64,000 nt of DNA from Eledone cirrhosa (taxonomy: Eukaryota). The stretch is from contig OZ024763.1 in NCBI GenBank assembly GCA_964016885.1, forward strand, positions 10,974,001-11,038,000, read 5' to 3'. Below, piece by piece: positions 51,966-64,000 of the stretch. Numbering within the stretch: position 1 is the stretch's first letter; each line of letters begins with the position of its first letter. A program made the translations under genes and the position numbers. The notes beneath the pieces are model-generated. The model was not told where the DNA came from. It ran no database searches and saw only the letters and a program-made list of their open reading frames with translations.

Positions 51966-52015
<50 letters not shown>

Positions 52016-52280
52016 TAGTAATAATAATAAATTTGAAGACTAAAATCCAAGGAGGGCTTTAATCTGTTATTTTAATAAATATATATATATATAATTGTTT
52101 CTACTTTAGGCACATATATAATGATACATATACACACACATATATATATATTATAAAGAGTTGGGTGCCCTGACTCTTTATAATATAACCATACTCTACT
52201 ACCCCAAGTATTGAGTACTCTGTTGAGTAATGGTCTAACCAGTTTCAAACTGAATCCATCCTGATTTATATATATATATA

Positions 52281-52372
52281 TACAGGCTATCCCCCCCCCC
52301 AAAAAAAAATGTATACACACTTCAACAGCATTCTAATCAAAGTGTGTATGCATTTTTTTAGGACACCCTGTA
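52281..52372. mobile_element. Tc1/mariner-type mini-MITE
   Basis: TA-caggctatcc..aaaaaatgtatacacactt ... aagtgtgtatgcatttttt.ggacaccctg-TA. Confidence 0.65.
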
Positions 52373-52436
52373 TATACATATACATCATCATCATCATTTT
52401 ACGTCCGCTTTTCCCTGCTTAAATACAAGCATATAC

Positions 52437-52469
<33 letters not shown>

Positions 52470-52579
52470 AATATATAAATACAAGCATATACATATATAC
52501 ACACAAACCACATAAATACATGTGTGTGTACATAGTTTTTGGCTTGTATTGGCCGATAGTGCTTCTTATAGCTTTACTT

Positions 52580-52617
52580 GCCCTGATGAGTCCTTAATAG
52601 GACGAAACATTGTTGGC
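52580..52617 (+). ncRNA. Minimal type-I hammerhead ribozyme, canonical core
   Basis: GCC-CTGATGA-GTCC-ttaata-GGAC-GAAA-CATTG-TT-GGC followed by tAATAAA. Confidence 0.9.
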
Positions 52618-52779
52618 TAATAAAAACTTTTGATGTATTGAAGGCTTCTTTGGTTTATTTCTTAATGTGTACATATATATATATATATACCAAAGTGTCC
52701 TATTTTCTTGTGTGATTTGGCTACTATATCTAGCAGTTTATGTGACTTGATTATTTCACTGACTAACAATGACAATACA

Positions 52780-53225
52780 TGATAACTGTTTCTACTTTTG
52801 GCACAAGGCCAGCAATTACCCAGTGTATTACTGGTACTTTATTTTGTCGACCCCGTAAGCATGATATAATAACTGTTTCTACTTTTGGCACAAGGCCAGC
52901 AAATACCCAGTGTATTACTGGTACTTTATTTTGTCGACCCCATAAGCATGATATAATTGTTTCTACTTTTGGCACAAGGCCAGCAATTACCCAGTGTATT
53001 ACTGGTACTTTATTTTGTCGACCCCGTAAGCATGATATAATAATTGTTTCTACTTTTGGCACAAGGCCAGCAATTACCCAGTGTATTACTGGTACTTTAT
53101 TTTATTGACTCCGTAAGGATGAAAGGCAAAGCTAACCTCGGCAGGATTTGAACTCAGAATGTAAAGGGACGTAACTATGTTGCAAAATATTTTGTCTGAT
53201 TCTCTACCAATTCTGCCAATCCACA
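52780..53225 (-). mobile_element. SINE family D with three extra tandem copies (~85 bp) of its 3' half
   Basis: tgtttctacttttggcacaaggccagcaattacccagtgtattactggtactttattttgtcgacccc occurs four times; the last copy continues into the SINE head. Confidence 0.9.
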
Positions 53226-53839
53226 ACCCTAATATAATAATAATAGTTTCTGATTTAGGCACACCAGTGCATTACTGGTACTTTATTTTATCGATCCTAG
53301 AATGATGAACAGCAGTGTTGATGATAATGATAGTGATGGTAGTGGTGGAGATAGCGGTGGTGGTGGTGGAGATGGCGGTGGTGGTGGTGGTGGTGATGAT
53401 GGGAGTGGTGGTGATGATAGCAGTGATGATGGCAGCGGTGGTGATGATGATGGCAGTGGTGAAGATGGTGGTGGTGATAGTGATGATGGTGATGATGATA
53501 ATGATGATGGGGTGATGGTGGTGATATAAACTAGAAGTATCTAGTATTAGTACCCCTAATAAATAACAGGTACGCTATAGTAGACAGAAGTATCTAATAC
53601 CCTTATATATAGCTGGTATGTCATGACAAACTAGGAGAGGTATCTTCTCTAATACCCCTCAATCATAACTGTTTATTTAAAGCTTCAAGATATCCTCTCT
53701 TTCAGACTGGTAATGCTTCTGTTGTTGAATCTTTTTCATCTTTTCACAACCTCCATGTACTGGAAGATCTTGTTTATAGTTGGTCGATCCTTGACCTATT
53801 GTACCTCCAACCTGGGTAATTTAATAAAAAACCAATTTC

Positions 53840-54378
53840 AGGATGTCTTCTCTCTCAGACAGGTATATTTTTAAAGACCATCTTTAAGGTGGCCTATCTC
53901 TCTCAAACAGGTAGATTCTAAAAAAACAGCTTCAAGATGTCCTATCTCTCTGAAACAGGTAGATTCTAAAAAAACAGCTTCAAGATGTCCTATCTCTCTG
54001 AAACAGGTAGATTCTAAAAAAACAGCTTCAAGATGTCCTATCTCTCTCAAACAGGTAGATTCTAAAAAAACAGCTTCAAGATGTCCTATCTCTCTCAAAC
54101 AGGTAGATTCTAAAAAAACAGCTTCAAGATGTCCTATCTCTCTCAAACAGGTATATTTAAAAAAACCAGCTTCAAGATGTCCTATCTCTCTCAGACAGGT
54201 AGATTTTAAAAAACCAACTTCAAGATGTCCTATCTCTCTCAGACAGGTAGATTTTAAAAAACCAGCTTCAAGATGTCCTATCTCTCTCAAACAGGTATAT
54301 TTTTAAAGACCATCTTCAAGATGTCCTATCTCTCCCAGACAGGTATATTTTTAAAGACCATCTTCAAGATGTCCTATC
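53840..54378 (+). repeat. Minisatellite, 48-bp unit, ~11 copies
   Basis: cctatctctctcaaacaggtagattctaaaaaaacagcttcaagatgt head-to-tail. Confidence 0.95.
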
Positions 54379-55191
54379 TTATATACTGCTAGTTTTTTAC
54401 ATTGGAACACCCTAGTGCCAGAGTCTCTGGATAGTCTCCACAAGAACATAGAGGTGATGTTATATATCCTGGTGTTGAGAAAATATAGTTTTATGCTATA
54501 TGGCCAATTGGAAGCCCTTTAACATTATTCACTGTCAATCTATTTAGAACAGCAACTACAGCAGTAATTATACTAGCAACTACCACCATCCAGTTCTATC
54601 TCCTCTCTATTATCTTGTTCTATCTCCCTCTATCCCCCCTCTATCACCTCGTTTTATCTCTCTCTATCATCTGGTTCTATATCTCCATCCATCTATCCAC
54701 CCCATTCTATCTCCCTCTATATCTGCATCCCTCTATCCACCCCATTCTATCACTTTGTTCTATCTCCCTCTATCATCCCGTTCTATATCTCCATCCATCT
54801 ATCCACCCCATTCTATCTCCCTCCATCTATCCATCTTTCTATTCCATGACAGTGACATTTAATAGTCTATTCAATAATTGCAGCATCTGCCTCTTGCCCA
54901 GTCTCCATCGCTATATCTGTCTATCTACCTGTCAATTTGTCTGTCTGTCTATATATCTACCTCTCTATTTCTTGTCCATCATCACCATCTATCTAAAGTT
55001 CGAGCTATCTATCGATCAAACTAGTCATCTCCAGTCTTCTACAATCAACTCAGTTCGAACTCACAATGACGCTGACAATCTATCAACAACAACAAGAGAC
55101 AATTGAAGAATAAGCCTGTCGTCCATCCCATCTCTCTCTCTTACACAATCATCATCATCAATATTACTATTTTAATACGGAGACATTTAAC

Positions 55192-55726
<535 letters not shown>

Positions 55727-55859
55727 ATGTCCTTATTGCGTTGTGTTAGCTCAATTAGTAATAACAATGAAGGTGATCTGATAGTGATAAGTATCTGCCA
55801 CACGGGTAGCATAGGACATTACAGTACACTACCACACCCTATACCGCAATGTACTATAC

Positions 55860-61680
<5,821 letters not shown>

Positions 61681-61955
61681 GAAAAGTAAATATGTTTACA
61701 TTGGTGTATATGACACATCTAGACAATTGTATACCTGTGTTAGATAACACATACATGTGTATATAGAGATGTATGATGTAGATAGGTGTGTAGGTGTAAA
61801 TGTATGTCAGAATGATGTATATATGTTCGTAGAGATGTGTATGATGATGATGTAGGTGTGTATGTATGGTGCATGTTGTAGATGTATGCATGTATATATA
61901 GGTGGGTGTGTGTGTATATATATATATATATATAAAACTGTTTATATATTGTATT

Positions 61956-62010
61956 TTATCTGACGAAGGCATGCCATATTTTTAATATGGTATCCCTGAA
62001 ATATGTATAA
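61956..62010 (+). ncRNA. Hammerhead motif with 14-bp stem II
   Basis: TTAT-CTGACGA-AGGcATGCCATATT-ttt-AATATGGTATcCCT-GAAA-TATG-TA-TAA, then AATAAA; the downstream tail recurs at 12960-13005. Confidence 0.75.
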
Positions 62011-62058
62011 TGAAATAAATATGGTTTTATAAATATAGTTTCCATTTGTTTAATATCG

Positions 62059-62094
<36 letters not shown>

Positions 62095-62277
62095 GTGTAT
62101 TATATATATAGGCGGTGTATGTGTATAGATGTGTGGTGTATATTATATATATAGGTGGTGTGTGTGTATATATATATATGTGTGGTGTATTATATATATA
62201 GGCGGTGTGTGTGTATATATATATGTGGTGTATTATATATATAGGCGGTGTGTATATATATATGTGTGTGTGTGATG

Positions 62278-62312
<35 letters not shown>

Positions 62313-62359
62313 CGGTGTTTGTGTGTATATATGTGTGTGGTGTATTATATATATAGGTG

Positions 62360-62402
<43 letters not shown>

Positions 62403-62682
62403 CGGTATATATATGTATATGGTGTATTATATATATATAGGCAGTGTGTATGTGTGTGGTGTATTATATATATATATATATATAGGTGGTGTGTATAGAT
62501 GTGTGGTGTATATAATATAGACATATCAGTGCAGTGAGATGTACGTAAATAAATATGTGTGAGTATATAAGTATCTGATGTGTTGTACGCTTTATAAACA
62601 TGTATACACATACGTGTGTGTAAATATGTACACCCTTGGTATATGCTATACATACATAAACACACACACATATATATGTATG

Positions 62683-62713
<31 letters not shown>

Positions 62714-62775
62714 AGATAATATATCTGTTACATAAATATATTAATAAATAAAAATAAATATAAATGTATATGATT

Positions 62776-62823
62776 TATATAGAAATGGCTTCTACGGGAC
62801 TAGAACTGTTTCATTCGAAGGAA

Positions 62824-62828
<5 letters not shown>
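62776..62828 (-). ncRNA. Truncated HH-B hammerhead
   Basis: Minus strand (..)ATGA-tTTC-cttc-GAAt-GAAA-CAGttctagtcCCG-TA-gaagcc; the CTG is replaced by (TA)n. A shorter piece lies at 11948-11978. Confidence 0.65.
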
Positions 62829-62881
<53 letters not shown>

Positions 62882-63492
62882 TGCTTCCCTACATGTTTGT
62901 TTTACCTAGTGAACAATATGTATATATATACACACAAACACATATATATGTGTGTGTGTATGTATGTATGTATGTGTGTGTATGTATGTGGTGTGTGTGT
63001 ATGTATGTATGTATGTATGTGTGTGTATGTATGTGGTGTGTGTGTATGTATGTGTGTACGGCTATATCTGCACTTACATATATATATAAATGTGTGCCTG
63101 ACTACGTCCGTCTGTATCTGTCGGTCAGTATACATGCATGTGTATATATGTGTGTATATGTGTGTGTGTATGTATGTATGTGTGAGTGAGTGTGGCTATA
63201 TCTGTGGTATAGCTGCACTTATACATATATATAAAGGTGTGTAGTGTGTGTGTGCCTGACTACGTCTGTCTGTATCTGTCGGTCAGTAGTATACATGCAT
63301 GTGTATAATATATGTATGTGTGTGTGTATATATACATATATATATAAATACATGTGTGTTGTGTGTGTTTTCTGTGCTATGCTATGCTATGCTATGGTGT
63401 AGTGTAGTGTGGTGTGGTGTGGTGGTGAATGGATGCTAAAAGAAAAATGAAGAACAGTAAGAAAGAAGAAGAACAAGTTTGCAGCATCTTAC

Positions 63493-63605
63493 CTTGGGTC
63501 AGGCAGAACAATTTTCTTGCTAGCTCTGGCGGCCGGAGAAGATTTACTCTTCTCCATAGCCATAAGATAGCTGACATCGGCGAGAACTGCTTCCAAATCC
63601 GCCAT
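63493..63605 (-). CDS. GRK2: First coding exon (113 bp) of a G-protein-coupled receptor kinase, GRK2/3 (beta-ARK / Gprk1) subfamily
   Basis: Reverse complement reads gcaagATGGCGGATTTGGAAGCAGTTCTCGCCGATGTCAGCTATCTTATGGCTATGGAGAAGAGTAAATCTTCTCCGGCCGCCAGAGCTAGCAAGAAAATTGTTCTGCCTGACCCAAG|gtaaga = [37 protein letters not shown](S). This is the near-invariant GRK2/3 N-terminus, with good Kozak context and a canonical GTAAG donor in phase 2. The symbol denotes the subfamily; the exact paralogue is not determinable. Confidence 0.96.
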
Positions 63606-63690
63606 CTTGCTTTAATACAAAAACGGATTTCGTTATTTCTGCTACAACAACAAATCCTGGCAGATTAGAAACACTCAGCTCTCTCTATAT
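63606..63690 (-). promoter_or_regulatory. Putative 5' UTR / proximal promoter of the GRK gene
   Basis: Short non-repetitive stretch directly upstream of the ATG, bounded by (GA)/(TA) microsatellite. The transcription start is not identifiable. Confidence 0.4.
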
Positions 63691-64000
63691 AGCTTTCTCC
63701 TGTGTGTATATTGTGTATATAGAAAGATAGATACAGCTATATATAGATATATATATATCCAAATCACTCGCTATACCCTCTCTGGATATTTATATATATA
63801 TATCTATGTAAATGTATGTGTATATATATATGTGTGAATATATATATGTGTGTGTGTAGATCAAAATGTATGTATGTATGTATGTATGTATGTATGATGT
63901 ATGTGTATGTATGTTTATATTTTCTGTTCGTTATATTATTTTTATTTTTTTTTTTTACGTGTGTGTATGCATATGTATATATTCAAGTATATACATATAT

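Noticed and set aside
53871-54290. ORF with a 16-aa repeat (REIGHLEAVFLESTCL)
   Set aside because: Consequence of a 48-bp minisatellite; no ATG start or exon signals seen.
63392-63668. Tracked ORFs 63392-63577(-) and 63429-63668(+)
   Set aside because: Wrong-frame and antisense shadows of the GRK exon.

Overview
AT-rich, microsatellite-saturated animal genomic DNA. The repeat landscape (tRNA/CORE-type SINEs with RTE-type tails, RTE and Tx1 LINE relics, TTAA MITEs, long (TA)n/(CA)n/(GA)n tracts) resembles a coleoid cephalopod, probably an octopod; this is inference. The only host coding sequence I recognise is missing from the ORF track: first coding exon of a GRK2/3-type (beta-ARK/Gprk1) G-protein-coupled receptor kinase, minus strand 63605-63493 ([37 protein letters not shown]|GTAAG). 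I found no exon 2, so 1-63492 is probably one intron of at least 63 kb. Nearly all tracked ORFs are microsatellite artefacts or decayed transposon pieces. The most striking unannotated signal is about 18 minimal type-I hammerhead ribozyme motifs (about 9 with intact CUGANGA/GAAA/NUH cores) from several families. They lie in short modules beside (TA)n tracts, are often followed by AATAAA, and several sit in long fold-back palindromes. This fits remnants of Penelope-like element pLTRs or non-autonomous retrozyme-like elements. Other observations: two RTE insertions with twin-priming geometry, nested MITE/LINE insertions, minisatellites born inside a MITE and a SINE, and a Helitron helicase relic. 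All calls were made by eye; TE boundaries are approximate.
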